DNA of 64,000 bases, from NCBI GenBank assembly GCA_905331295.1, contig CAJNYD010000017.1:124001-188000 (forward strand), written 5' to 3'. A model generated the notes under the pieces. That model worked only from the letters and a program-made list of their open reading frames with translations, made no database searches and was not told the origin of the DNA. A program made the translations under genes and the position numbers. Below, in pieces: positions 1 to 14,254 of this stretch (position 1 is its first letter; the number at the start of each line of letters is the position of its first letter). This DNA comes from Rotaria socialis (lineage: Eukaryota).

Positions 1-1549
1 TGAATGCCATAATTAGATGAAGGAAATTTGTTGAAGTCATTATTCGGTATAGATAAAGGCGCTAAGTGTGTTCATTAAAGAGCCTACATTAATTTAAGTG
101 AAGAACAAAGACAAGAAAACTAAAAGTAGAGTTCATTTAATATTGCAAAGACCGTTCATAGAGACGCCTACTAGTATAGAAAATAATTTCAAAAGCACCG
201 ATTCTCTTCAAGAAGATTTGTTTTTACTCAAATTTTTATATGTTTTTCGTTATAGACTTGACAATATGTAAGAAGAAAGGTCAAATTTCATATAGGAACA
301 ATGTTCTTTTGTTTTACTGAAAGTACGATTACTATCTCTCGTTGTTGTTCACTTCAACATAATTATTTTTGTAATACTTCGAATTTCCCACGATACATAT
401 TTTCGCCTGACACACCACTTAATTCTTATTGTTTTTTTAGCATGAAAATATTTTACTCATAAGTTCATGCTCGCTACTTTTGTCTTTCACTCTGTAAATA
501 AACTTCTACTACATCAGTCCTTTCATGATTATCAGCGTTTTTCCCTACTGACTGTTATTCAGTTTTAATAAGATGCATCGCGTAGATATCAGTTATCGTC
601 GTGCATATATATAGTCATGTACGACAACAAAAAACGGATAAAAATGACACAGCTAGAATAATAGATAACGTGTTTTCTCCAATCGTATAGTGTTACTCGG
701 CTCTGGTACCTTCCGGCCGGAACTCATGGGAAATCTTTCGTTTCCGACAGGAAGATTCCCGGTTAACGGTAGAAACTTCGCTACAGGAATATTAAGCGAC
801 TAGTTTTATTTGATTTCTACTACAACTGAAAACAATTCGACAATGCAATCTCGTTATTGAATTCTTGCTTTTATGCTACTATTATTTTCCTATGCTATAA
901 GATTCGTCATGGGAACCATTTATCTGTATTTAGAACATTCATATTTTCCTCCGGCTACTAGAATGACGTTGTCATTTGACACAGATTCCTTTGCAAATCA
1001 ATACTAAGAGTTTGGTGCCATTAACGATCAGACATATCATATCATGTTTCTGTTACACTGCATTCTGGCTATCGCATTCTATGTCTTCTAAAGACTTCGA
1101 AAATCGAGATTAGAAGCCTAGTTTCTGTATTACTACTAAGTCAAAATCCACTGTGTAACATGTTGAAATCAGTTAGCGCGATGAGCTCTACGCAAGTAAG
1201 AAATGCACTCCAACATTCTACCAGCATGAACTGCACTGCGAACTAATGATGTCAACAAAGAAACATGATGATAGAGACCAAATATTGTCTGTCATAAAAT
1301 GAAGTAACAACAACTGACAATACGATTACTCAATCAACACATCTGGTTGCAATGAAAATCTTATCAAATTAATGGACTCCATATTTCAAACACATGTTGA
1401 CAAGATTCGATTAGCTCTTTTGTCTTCGAACTATGTTCATCAGATCGAATTTAGATTGTGCATTAATGAAAAAACATCTGAACTTTGTTCTGATTAAATT
1501 TTCCTATTTGACAAAAAAGAATCCGATTTATTTTTCTCATACACTCATC

Positions 1550-4500
1550 CTATTCTATTCGAACGCACTAATGAAAAAAATATTTTAGTTGTAATCAAAT
1601 ATTGTTTTCTTTTACCCCATTCGTATTTGGTAACATAAAAATAAGTTGTTCTTTGACTGTATATGATTTTGGTTCATCATCTAATTCTAGAAAGAAAAAA
1701 GAAATTTGACTAAATTAATTATTTTCTCCCAAGATTTCAAACCCAAAATAATTCGTGTAACAAATTCTTCCGTTAATATAAGAATATTTTGATCGATTGC
1801 AGCAACAAATCTATCAAATGGCATAACACGATATGATAAATCAAGTAATGTTCGTTGAAGTTCTAACAGACCAACAAAGAAACCAAGAACGATTTATTAG
1901 AAGAAAAAACAATCATCTACCTTCGGTCGGTGAAAAACCAAGTTCATCCATAGCTAAATATAACTTTTCAATTACTACCAAAAGTGGTCTATATTTTCCC
2001 GATGATTCTCTAAAAGAAAAAGGAGTATGTAGCATAGGATTTTTTCAAATAAAACATGCCCGTATTCTTCAGTCACTGGTAGACAATCCGTTGTAGCTAG
2101 AGTATCACGCTACTTTTGAATATAACGGGTGTTCCATAATGAATGGCCAGCTCAGTGTTTTCTGAATAGCTCCTTCATATTTTATTATCTAGGCTTAAAT
2201 TCCTCCACAAAGATCCGCCATTCAATTCTCTACAAGACGTGTATTACAAGCTTTTCTGCCGAAAGGTAAGTGAAATTTTTTTTAGAAAGGAATACTAAAC
2301 ACGTATGAAAAGATCGACTTTCCAAGTCATTTTTTTAATAAACTTCGGAATATTTTTCACGGTTACATACACAATGAAACCAAAGTGAAGGTGTTTCTGA
2401 GTACTTTGAAGTGTGCTCTTTCTCTACATGTAGCTCAAAGTCCGTTGAAATCGTATTGAAGATCATAAAAATCTTATTCAAAATGGCTAAAATACAATAT
2501 TTGTCGCCACCTGAATTGAATAAAATAATTAAAGGCTACGTTTCCTCTCCGAATCTGATATAGTAGTCATTTTCCACCAAAATGAAAACAGCTCGAACCC
2601 AAACGATGCTATTTGGACTTAGTTATGCCTCCTTTTTCAGGAGTACCGAAACCGCCGTTTGAAAAAGCTAAATTCTCGAAACTTTGAAAGAAAAGATGCA
2701 CGTAGTACCCCGTAAGGATGAGTGCTGAAATTTTCTAATTATGATCTATCAATCGAGCTTTTCAAGGGCTACCAAATTACTATATTGTTTATTTTGTGTT
2801 TCGTCAGTGGCTAACGAAAATCTCTGAAAAAACTATTTTTCAGCTTTGAGAGTTGATCTTTGTATACGGGTTGAATATTCCCTTATAAGAATTTTTCTCT
2901 TAGCTTTGAACAAAAAAAAACTTATAACACAAATCTTGTAGAGAATTGAATGGCGTATCTTCGGAGGAAACGTTAAATCTAGTGAATAAAAAATGAAGGA
3001 GCTATTCAGAGAACATTGAGCTGGCCATTCATTATGGAACACTCGTTATATCTTCAGAATTTCATTTTAATATTAAATTAACTGATGGTTACAAAATCAT
3101 TATGTTTATGTATATAGAGATGATTTTTGTAAACAGAACGAAGCCATTGGAAAAGTATTTTGAATTTCATCGACAATACAGATTTGTACATTTCAGAAGT
3201 GTAATTTTAGAAGTTTTGAAACAACATTAGTTTAAAAGTAAATTCTGACTGCGAAACCAGAGAGAGTGAAACCTTATGAGTCGAACCAGGTGTCTTAAAG
3301 CGATAGAAAAATCAATCAATATGAGCCGCGTTGATTTTTGCATTATATGAATAGAAAAAAAATTGCATATTTTCATACTCAGTATCGATTAATCCTTGTG
3401 TTCGCTTGAAATTTGCAAGACCAGTAAATAATTCAATTAAACCATTGCATTGATTTTGCTGAAATTCAAAAGAAGAAAATACCCTAGAAACATTGAATAA
3501 TTGTAATCCATACTGTAGCTTGAACGTATTCAAATGCAAGTTCTTTAACTCGTCCTTGTTCCCAAGTCGGGTGAAGTTGTTGAATTTCTCGTGAAACGCC
3601 ATTGAAAAGCTGAAACAAAACCATAAAATAAATAGAATCATATTTTTTCTCTCTTCTTACATATTTGTTTTTTGCATCTAATAATATAAAAGATTTAGAA
3701 TGTTCATTTGTATTACGATCGGGTGTTGTTGGCAATGTTGAACTGACAAAAAAAGAAAAGAAAAGAATAGTTTTCTTTGAAGAATTTAAGAAAAATATTG
3801 AACCGTTTCATTCCAAATGAAAAGCGTCCGGTGCCTGGTGATCCGCGTTCTGGTAATGGTGCTGGTGTTGCAGCTGCAATATCATTTTCCTCCATGTTTG
3901 TCATTATTGGATGATAGTATGACAATTTATGACGATATTTACGAGCAAGATCAAATGATGATCGAAGTTTATCATGATATTCTTTATCAATATTTGTTAT
4001 ACCAGTATGTTGCGGGCCATTTTCGCGATGATGAGCAAATGAATGAATTGATACCTATGAAATTCTATTTGCTAGATTGATTTTATTTGAGTGTAGTTTA
4101 CTTCTGTATTATTTGTATGACGCTGACTGACTGTTGTTGCAGGAAAAGCCAAGACATATTTATTGTGATGAATTCGTTTTGAAAGACGCATGAAGATTAA
4201 TGCTAAAGTTAGAAAACAAATGTACAAATACAAAAATAAGCTTTTCTATCTAAATGATAGTTTTTATAGTAAAGTTTTTAATAGTAGTAGTATTCTAGAA
4301 TAGCTTTCGGCTATGATTGGATTCTCTGTCGATTTCTTTCTATGAAATTCTCCATATGAATGTCTTGACACCAGAAGTATCAACAATATTATTATCTCTT
4401 TGTCTAATCTAATTTTGGTAGGAAAATTTTCACTGTCGAATAAATGATTGCGAAAAACAAATTTATGAAACAATGTTGAACTACAATTTCTGTGCCGAAA

Positions 4501-7500
4501 ACACACATTTTCGAGTCATTTTACAACAGAAGAGAGAAAATCAGCGTTTTATCCAGGCTTTCTTTTACGTGGAGCGATATAAAAACTGCAGGTGGGCGAC
4601 TTTAGAAACTTCATAAGGATCTATTCAATTTTCGGCGCTTAGCTTCTAGCGCACTAAATAAAATACTCGAAAGTAAAATCATACTTTATTATGTACGCAA
4701 CGTATTTCGATTTCCTTAACAATAGGCTGTAATTACGCTCGAATTCATTTATATTCAAGAGATAAATAAAAATATTTTTGTTTGTCTATATGGAAGTACA
4801 TTTCTTCATTTTTCTTTCACTTATTTTTTCAGAAGTGGTTTACTACGCATAAGTTTTGTATGACTAGACTGGTGTCATAAAAATTTAACAATTCATTTCC
4901 AACATAATATTAATTATCTCCTTAAAAAAGGTAACTTACCAGTAAGAATTTCTTTGATATACGCTTTTGTATTCAAATCATCGTACATAACGAATAAAAT
5001 ATGGTGCAGTATTTCTGCTACAATAGCATTATTATTAGCGGCTACTACTCCATAAGCAATAATTGACTCCACTGTAACTGGTGAAAGTGTTCGAATGAGT
5101 TCATCAGGATTTATTTTAATCGTGTACGTAGAAATATTTCTCTTTTCATAGAGCAACGTTGATGTTTTCGTAAAAAGTCCACGTTGTGTTGTATATTTTG
5201 TATCATATGGTAAACTATTTGAATCATAAGGAATAAAAAGATGATTAAGAAAATTTAATTGAACGTTAAAATTAAGTAAATGAATAAATTCGCCGCGTAA
5301 AGCAGCAAAAACATAATCTCCATCTAAATATAAAGTTCATACATAACTTATAAGAATTTAAAAAGAAAAACAGAGTCTCAAATTTACCAATGAGACCAAA
5401 ATGAACTCGACGAGATTGAAATATTTCCCAATGCCCTTGCTGTAATGATTTCGATAGATAAAGACTTCGACCTGAAAAGATATTTATTTAGTTTCCAGAA
5501 AAAAAAACAACAATAAATCGATTGTTGAACAGACCATGGCCAAGTGAAACAACTGCGTATTCAACTTTTTGACTTTCTTCCTTGAAAAAAAGGATTTTTA
5601 CTATGAAATATTCAATATTAAAACATTTATTTTACTTTCATTGTTGATTGCCAACAAAGAAAAAGACTTGTCTCACTGGAAAGTATTTCGAAAATCAATT
5701 GGCTTGATGCAGGTTCTAAAAATGAATTCTAGATATTTTAACAAAAACTAAAGTGGGTGCAACAAGTTTAGAGACGACGTATTTTTGACACTTTTCCTAA
5801 ACACTCTAAGCTAGAATTAGGCAGAGAAAGGTCTAAGTAGATGAGAAAAATTTCCTAGCACGAGAAATAGTTTTAAATAATAACATATCTCACAACTCTT
5901 TATGATCTCTATTGATGTATATACGAGCTCAGCGTGCGATATATACTGCTTATAGGTCTATTATTTTTATTGAAGAAATATCTTCTGTATTAGATGAGTT
6001 TGTATGCAAAACTGTGTCAATAGAATCGAGAGTACGGGAGTTAAAATTCTTGATATAGCAAATGGTGTTTACCCAAATACGATAACAGTAACTTAACAAG
6101 TACCTCTACTCACGATAGATCAGTTTCATGAATTAGATATTTACCCGGTAGTTTAAAATCGAAATCAATTTTCATCTAGAATTAAAGAATATTAAATTTG
6201 ATTCATAGAGAAATCGACTTACAATATTATCGAATTGGCCTCTAGCATTTATGGTAAAAGCTTTATAGACCAAGGCATCAAATTCGGTTGTTGGCGTTGC
6301 TTTTATTAATCCTGGCTGACGTGTTTGTATGACGTGTAATCGTTGTTGAATTGTATCCCATTGATAATAAATGCAGTTGCTTATTTGTGCATCTCTATCA
6401 ACAACATAGGCTTTATCCTATTAAATTGAAATAAAAAACAAACATTTTTTTCCTCCAATCTGTATATAACATACCAAAGCATTGCCACTATTAGGCATTC
6501 GAAATAGAGTGACGACTAAATAAAATAAAAATATTACCTATGATTTTTGTTTTTTTTCTAAATTAATTTCAAACCATCACGATTAAGTAACAAAATAACA
6601 TCGTTAGGTGCGAAATAGGCTCGGATTGAACTGGAACGTGGAAATTTAAGTGAAAATAAACGTCCTGAGTTTGATGAACCAATTTCAGCGACAAATACAT
6701 CAAAAGCATATGATTCTGTAAAGACAAAAACAATCATATTAACGAGTCTGTTCCTTTTAGTGATAAATCGAAGTTAAGCACATAGCCCGAACCCAAACGA
6801 ACTGAGTATCTTGAAAAGAGCTAGCAGTCGAATCAGATTAATTCTGAGATGTCTTACTTTCACAATATGTTTTTTCAGTGCACGCCACCGTTTCTTTAGG
6901 GTGAAATGCTTTTCGACTACTAAATCGCACGAGAAGTTATGCCCGTGAAATTCTGTTTCTATACAAAGTTTCAAGTAGACATCATCAACAGAATTTACTG
7001 GTGAAGAGATTATGACATTTGTTTTTAAGATAATACTGTAAACGTAAAACATCTCTGCAATAATCAGATAAGATCGTGAGATCTGCTTATAATTGTATAT
7101 ATATTCTCAGCTAAATAGCCATTGATCAGTTAGAGGAATTTCCTCTTGCGAACAATTTCCCAAAAAAAGATTATCATTTGAACAATTTATCACAGCTAAC
7201 CTGAACGTGTTACAAAGCCTATATTAGTATATTAGATATTGTTTTGGCAAACAAAAATATACAATCGAATAGAAAATACATTAACTTACAACATAATGAT
7301 CGTGATGCATTAATACTGGCATGTGTGATTTTGACGCATGATGGATGGCGATGATAGATCTTGCAAAAATGATAATAGAATAAAATTCAATTTCATATTT
7401 ATTAAATTGAAAAATAATTACTTTTTGATCACCGTCCATTAAGTCAACACCGCCGATGATTGATCGTGGAGTCGATGAATTCTATTTTTTATAAAATACT

Positions 7501-7722
7501 AGTAAATAAATTGGAAGAAAACAAAAACACTCGTTACTCGAGAAAGAGTTGTCGCAGCAAACAATAAAATACAGCCTTGGTCCAAGCCAAGTATGGATAC
7601 ATTATCCATATCATTGGTAGATATACCTTTAAAACAAAACAAAAATTCCAATTAACTAAATGAATGTAGATAATTACTATACGTATACTTTTTTCTAATT
7701 GTTTTACTGCAAGAAGAACCAT
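1550..7722 (-). CDS. GSAP: Gamma-secretase-activating protein / pigeon homolog (multi-exon)
   Basis: Hand-spliced exons, mostly absent from the ORF track, give collinear GSAP-like motifs: VKITHASINASRSLC, YYQWDTIQQRLHVI (cf. WAQWDMSEQRLYYI), DYVFAALRGEFIHLLN (cf. YYVAVYLPGHFFHLLN), RVMPFDRFVAAIDQNILILTEEFV (cf. CLPLHNLLHCIDSGVLLLTE), ELDDEPKSYTVKEQLIFMLP. ATG at 7722; probable stop at 1550 followed by AATAAA. The last exon is less certain. Confidence 0.8.
2123..3048. mobile_element. Non-autonomous DNA transposon (MITE, Tc1/mariner-like) in a GSAP intron
   Basis: ~130 bp imperfect terminal inverted repeats (taacgggtgttccataatgaatggccagctc... / ...gagctggccattcattatggaacactcgtta), TA on both sides, no transposase ORF. 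Confidence 0.85.
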
Positions 7723-9400
7723 TTTTAATAACCTATTATCAGTAACTCAAATGCAAGTAAATGGACGCGTTGTTGTTTTCGTCACCAATGAATCATACCA
7801 CACCTTTATTGACTGGCTTCTAGTTTTCGTTGATATGCCAACACTTCTACAGATGTCACACACATGCTTCTAAGATTTAAATCAAAGAAAATGATGCAAT
7901 CAAGAACAGAGTTAACACTTGCATTCAAATATAAACTTAGAAGAATAGGAGTTGTTTGCTGCACCTAAAAAAACGTTTCCGATGTTGAATGTAATAGTGT
8001 GAAAAAATGAGCATAGTAATCATTTCTATTTTTATTTTATCAAAAAAAAAGAAAAAAACTAATCTTCTGGTTTTTGCATATGCATAACGAATCGTAAGAT
8101 AATGATAATTACGAAAATCTTCAAAAGAAATATCGATCCGTTTTTATTTACACATTCATTGTGTGATAGTAATAAAATAAAGATATTTACAATTTATGTA
8201 ATTTAAAAAACTAATAAAAAATTGAATATGAAATACTTAACCAATGAAAGAATTTTTATATTAGAAAAAAACTTTTCTATGATATTCGACAAATTTCTAA
8301 CTATGATAAAATGCAATAATCGATTTCGTAATTTCAAATTAGAAAAGAATATTGCATCTAACATATACGTAATTAAGGATATATATAGCAGAACATATTC
8401 TTGAAAACATTTTCATCTGTATTCATGGCGGAATATCTGTTTACAATAAATTCACATTGTTTACGAGGGATCTATATATTTAATGACTAATTTAAACATC
8501 TCAGGATTATAATTAGTTTAGAGAAAAATATTCACATCAATAAACTCCAACGATAAACGATTGAAATCTTTTATTTTTTATTTTTCAAAATTATTTATGA
8601 GATATTCGGTTTGTCTCAATAGAGAAATCTTCGATATGTTAAGAACGGCATCATAAACATAGGAACTAAAATCAATATTGAAGAAAAACTGTTTGATTAA
8701 TATATATATATATCTAGAAACTAGTATTCATTCGAAATCTAAATGTAAGATCTTCGTTCATTACTTTGTTCTAGGATAATGATTAAAACATTTGAATACA
8801 AACAGACAAACAAAATACAGATTTTATTATTTATCTTCTCTTTTATCCTACTCGTTTCGTTTCGAGATTATACCATTTACTATTGCAAAATTTATATAAT
8901 GCTATTTTATTTTACTTCTCCATGTTAATTATATTGATATATTGTACTATAAAGCACTCCGTGTACATGTAAGCATTGATCGTAGACAAATATAAGTATT
9001 CAAGTTTATGGCATCGAATCTATTTTATGGATAAATAAAGGATATAGTTTCGAAGCGAATAATATATTTAGCTGAGTTTAGCAATAATAAAAGATTATTC
9101 TCCATAATTTGATTTTCGTTTCATAATAAAATATTGTCAAAAAATGGTTATCTTGAACTACGAAGAATCATAACAACAATTTCGTTCGATACTTAACCTA
9201 GTTATCATTAATAATATTGGCTGTTTCTTTTCTTTCTTATGCTTAATGGTAAATTAATGTTCTGTCATGATTGAATAAAATAAAAAGTAGAAACAAACGG
9301 ATAGAAGCACTCGCTATTCACATTTATATTACGTCTCTACTTTTCTTCCTAAAAGAAAGGAATATCGCTAGTCGACAACGTACAGACATTGATCTTTAAT

Positions 9401-12262
9401 ATGAAAGAACTTTCATCTGCAATTATTTTGATTAGCTGTGCATCTCTTGTCGATGGTTCACCATCTTCATCATCTTCATCATCTTCATCATCAAATACAA
9501 CAGTTGATCGACCTCATTTTCCGATTGTTCAAGTTACATTTGAACATGTTTCCAATGTATTTGGCATATGCCTTTGGATTCTACTTGGTATTTTAGCTAA
9601 AATTGGTATAACAGAAAAGAATATTTATTTCAATCTATAATTTTCATTTTTTTTGCACTAGTATTTCATTTATCACATCGTTTAACAAAAAAGTTTCCTG
9701 AAAATTGTCTGCTGATTATTTTGGGCATTATTGTTGGTATTCTTTTATATGTAACACATCTTGAAGAAGAAAAACGAATTTACATACTCAATAGTGATAT
9801 GTTTTTTTTATTTTTACTACCACCGATTGTTCTTGAAACAGGCTATTTTTTACCTAAACGAGCTTTTTTTGATAATATTGGAACAATACTTTTATTGGCG
9901 GTACTCAATAAAATTTTTAATACAATGTGTATTGGTTTAACAATATGGGCATTCGGAAAAACAATGTTCTATGGTGGTACAGATTTTGCATTACTTGAAT
10001 GTCTTCTTTTTGCGTCATTTATTACTGCTGTTGATCCAATAGCTGTATTAGCAACGTTTGTGGAAATTCGTGTGAATGATACATTATATATTGTTGTCTT
10101 TGGAGAATCCCTTTTCAATGATGCTGTTTCCATTGTAAGCGAGAAATATCGTAGGAATCTTTGTTTAGTAGTGTATCACTAGTTAAACATAACATTTGAG
10201 TTTTCATAGTCACACAAGGAGTTGACGAGTATTTTTCTAGCAAATAAAATTTAAACAGAAGTTCTTATCATATAACTGCAAGTCGAAATCTATTGATTCA
10301 TTTTTTTTAATTTGTTGTAAGGTACTCTATCGAATGTTCGCAAGTTTTCTAACTATTGGCCAAAACAATTTAACTGCAGACGATTTTATTCTTGGCTTTG
10401 TATCTTTTTTTGTTGTAACTATTGGTGGTGTTCTTATTGGTATTGCTTTTGGTTTTATGGCTGTTTTTATGACAAAATTTACCGAACGAACACCAGTACT
10501 TGAACCACTCATTGTATTTGTTTATGCGTATATCGCTTATATCATTGCTGAAATGACTGGACTATCTGGCATTCTAGCGTAAGTTTTATTTTCAGTCAAA
10601 ACTCTTTCATTTTTGTTTCTTTCCTTATTTGATATTTAGCATAACGATATGTGGAATGGTAAGTATGAAAATATGAGTTTTGTTATTTTACTATAATTTA
10701 TTTAAGATGGTAAAACAATATGTTGAATATAATATAACAAAAAAATCGATGGCAACTATTGAATATGTTCTTAAAATGGCTTCAACTGTAATGGAAACAA
10801 TTATATTTATGTTTATGGGTTTAACTACTGTATCTGAACAGCAAACATGGAATACAGGTTTTGTTATTGTTACTCTACTATCGTGCCTAATATATCGAGC
10901 TATTGGTTTGTAAAAATAAGAACATACTTAGATTTTGTTTGTTAATATTTCAATGAAAATGTTCTTTTTTTCTATGGTTAACAGGTGTTGCTATATTTGC
11001 TAATCTGGCTAATCTTCGACGTCTACTTGAATTGACACGAATTGATATGTTAATTATGTCTTATGGTGGTCTTCGTGGTGCACTTGCATTTGCACTTGCA
11101 CTTGTCTTAGATGAAAGATTAGTACCGAGAAAAAAAGAATTTATAACAGCCGCTACTGTTGTTGTTCTATTCACTGTTTTTGTACAAGTATACTAAATTA
11201 AAAACATTGAAGAAGAGCAATTTTTTTTAAAATTTTTCTTAGGGTACAACATTGGGCCCGTTAGTTAAATTACTTAATGTACGGCGAAAACAAATCGAAG
11301 AGCCAACAATGAGTGCAACGTTAACCAATCGTGTAAGTTTAAACGAAAACAACAGTAATTAGATAAATAAATAAATTCATTCGTTCATTATTATTTGGTT
11401 TTCACAAGATGATGGATCATGTTATGACTTGTCTTGAAGATATTGCAGGTATAACTGGTGCAAATTCTCTTCGTAATAAGTAAGAATTAAAACGGAAAAT
11501 CTAACCCGAGACTAAAATATTTATAATTACTTTTAGATATAGTAAATTTGATCAAAATTACATGAAAAAATGGCTATTACGTGAACAACCCGAAGAAAAA
11601 CTTGATTTACGTTTATGGCAAACATTTCGTAATATTGATTTGCAAACAGCTATTAAATTACACGAAGAACAGCCGGCTACAAAACCCACAACAACAAGTC
11701 AATCACAGGCTCAAATTCCAGTTATTGAATTTTCGCCGTCTAGTAGTCGGCACACAAGCGTTTCATCGATTGTGTTTGTATTTTTCATTTCACACTTTCC
11801 CATGTTGTCATGCTTCTTTTATTAGTATAAATAAACATGGAGATGCTGCAAGATTGTCATCATCAGATTCACCATTATTATCATTAACAAAACCTGCTGA
11901 CATAAAAAATTTTCTTCAATCCAAAATGTTTGATGTACATCGACGAGTATGAATAGATTTGAATTAAATTGTTTATTTTTTTATTTTGTTTGAGGCAACA
12001 ATTCATGTACGAAGTCAAGATGAAATAGAAAGAGACGAAGATCTTGATTCGACTATAATACATATTCTACAACCATCATCGATGTTTGAATCGCGGAACT
12101 CGGCGACAGAGCAACCAGTGGAAAGTTCAACAAGACAAAGAAAAAATCGAAATGGTTAGAATATAGAAATTCTTTCTCATTAGCGATGAATTTTTGTTCT
12201 CTGTAGCTTCAACAGCAGCAATTCAATCATCATCGGAAGATGGAGAAAAAAGCCGTTTTTAA
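9401..12262 (+). CDS. Sodium/hydrogen exchanger (SLC9A, plasma-membrane NHE-like), multi-exon
   Basis: Signal-peptide-like N-terminus; motifs FFLFLLPPIVLETGY, AVDPIAVLA, VFGESLFNDAVSIV, AEMTGLSGILA, MSYGGLRGALAFALA; 19-nt microexon at 10640-10658; stop at 12260-12262. Confidence 0.93.
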
Positions 12263-14254
12263 TTTAAAACAAATCACCGTTTTGTGTTTAAGTACAAAAA
12301 ATAATATTAACTTCGAATGAACTATTTGTTCATGCTTTTGAGCACTTTAGAAACGACTGATTCAAATTAGAATCTTTTACTATTGCTGAATATATGCTTA
12401 CAACTGCCTTGTTCGATAAGAGCAATCAGTAATCATCAAGTTTCTGTTGAGAAGGTTCGCACAAACACACAAAGCAGAGAAGCCGAAACCGAATCGAATA
12501 TTCCCAAGCACATAACGTGCATGAAGACTGTAGTCTTTAATTATATGTTGATACAGTCATCGACAAGGTTTTAATGATTGATTAGCATAAAAGGTGACGG
12601 GTATAGAAAAAAATACAGCAGTTATTGTCTCGATCACTCGACTTTTCTTCGCCATAGCTATGTCGAAATTGAATAAACCTTTTTTCACACCTAACAAAAT
12701 CAACAACTATCATCGAATATTCCTTATTGGATCACGATATTCATATTCGGGTACTATCTAATAATTATTAGATCATCAGCTGTTCGCTCACTTGGCAGTA
12801 TTCCTTAGGAAAGATTTGAAAAACAAAATAAGGATATGCTTGATTTTGTATAATGCAACATTTAAATTGGCACACGCATTCTATGGTGTCTAATATAGTT
12901 GATAGGTAACTATCCATCAACAAAAATGGACATTGCGAAAAAATCAACCGTGCCAAAAATGATTTCGTTTAATTTTTCATTCCAATTGAAAATTATGAGA
13001 TTTAAAATGAGAAAAAAAATTCTTTTTCAATACGATTGATCTCAAAACGGAAAGTACACCTTTACAATTGAGATTTGTGGACTTGAGCCAAAACATAAAA
13101 AATTCTCTTTAAAATTTCTACAACGTTCCAATAGGAAAATCTGAATGGAAACGCAATGATACCGATGAATTTCGTGAGAAATAGTCATTTTGCAGTCGGT
13201 TTATGTCCTAGTAAAAATAGAGATACATTAGACATTTGCTCATCATCGAAAAAATGAAAGACTCTAAACAACAGTTCATATCTGCAGATTGATATTTTGA
13301 CATCAGTCTTCTTATCTAGCTAATAAACGATAGCAGATTAATTGGAGATATCAGCTGTCGGATAGCGGTATGCCAGCGTTCTGGAGAACATGACGATATT
13401 TGTCACGATATACGAGTCATCTCTTAGTTCATACGCAGATTTTCGTGCCATATATTAGATGTATCATAGTCTCATTCTTGTTTTCACTTTGTTGTTTTCT
13501 AAAGAATTAGCGCAAGGTTATTCTAGTTTTTGATAGATCACCCGAAATCAATCATATTCAGTATGACAAAATTCAAGGCTTATATTTAATATTAAGATAA
13601 AGAACTTTTTATGGACGAAGCAAACCCATCCATCAAAATGCCTTTAATCAATATTCTTGTTCTCATTCTCCAAGAAGGCTAATTATTCTGCCAATTTAAT
13701 AAATACTATATTTCATCTATTATCAGAAAATGCTTTACTTGTTCTCAAATTACTTTACGTCAATATCCTGATCTTAATTGAATATCTTTCTACATATGTT
13801 ATTGGTAATTATTAGATAACAGTTCATGTCTGCGTATGTGTATTTATTTGTTTGTTATTATAATCTAATCGAGAAATAGACAATAAATAAATCATTATGT
13901 ATGACCTCGATTACAATGTTATCTATGTTATTAATCTCGAAATAGGTACATGAGGATCAAGCGTTCGCATTATATGTTTAGTTTTTAAATATTGATCGAT
14001 TTGATTTGTTGTTATTTCGTCTGTAGCAAATAAGACATGTTAAAATCAAAATGTAATACAATTCTATATACGGATATGCCAATAACAAAAAGAAAAAGAA
14101 AACAAAAAGAAAAAGAATACACTTGATACCGAATTTCTGTTCACAAGTTAGAAAATATGTACACAAATGAGAGAGTATAGGATATGTGAGTGTATATGAA
14201 CGTCTGAAATTGACTAGATGAACACGCTTGCAAACTCTGTGATGTTTTTATTTT

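Noticed and set aside
690..800. Locally GC-richer segment, possible interspersed repeat
   Set aside because: No second copy, TIR or TSD within the window.
843..1090. Possible decayed secreted-protein gene (MQSRY*ILAFMLLLFSYA...)
   Set aside because: It has a hydrophobic start but several stops and no family I can recognise with confidence.
7799..7964. Two possible small exons upstream of the GSAP ATG
   Set aside because: No start codon or homology; could be 5' UTR or chance splice-like sites.
13600..13790. Cys-containing coding-like fragment (KCFTCSQITLRQYP)
   Set aside because: Too short and too disrupted to assign to a family.
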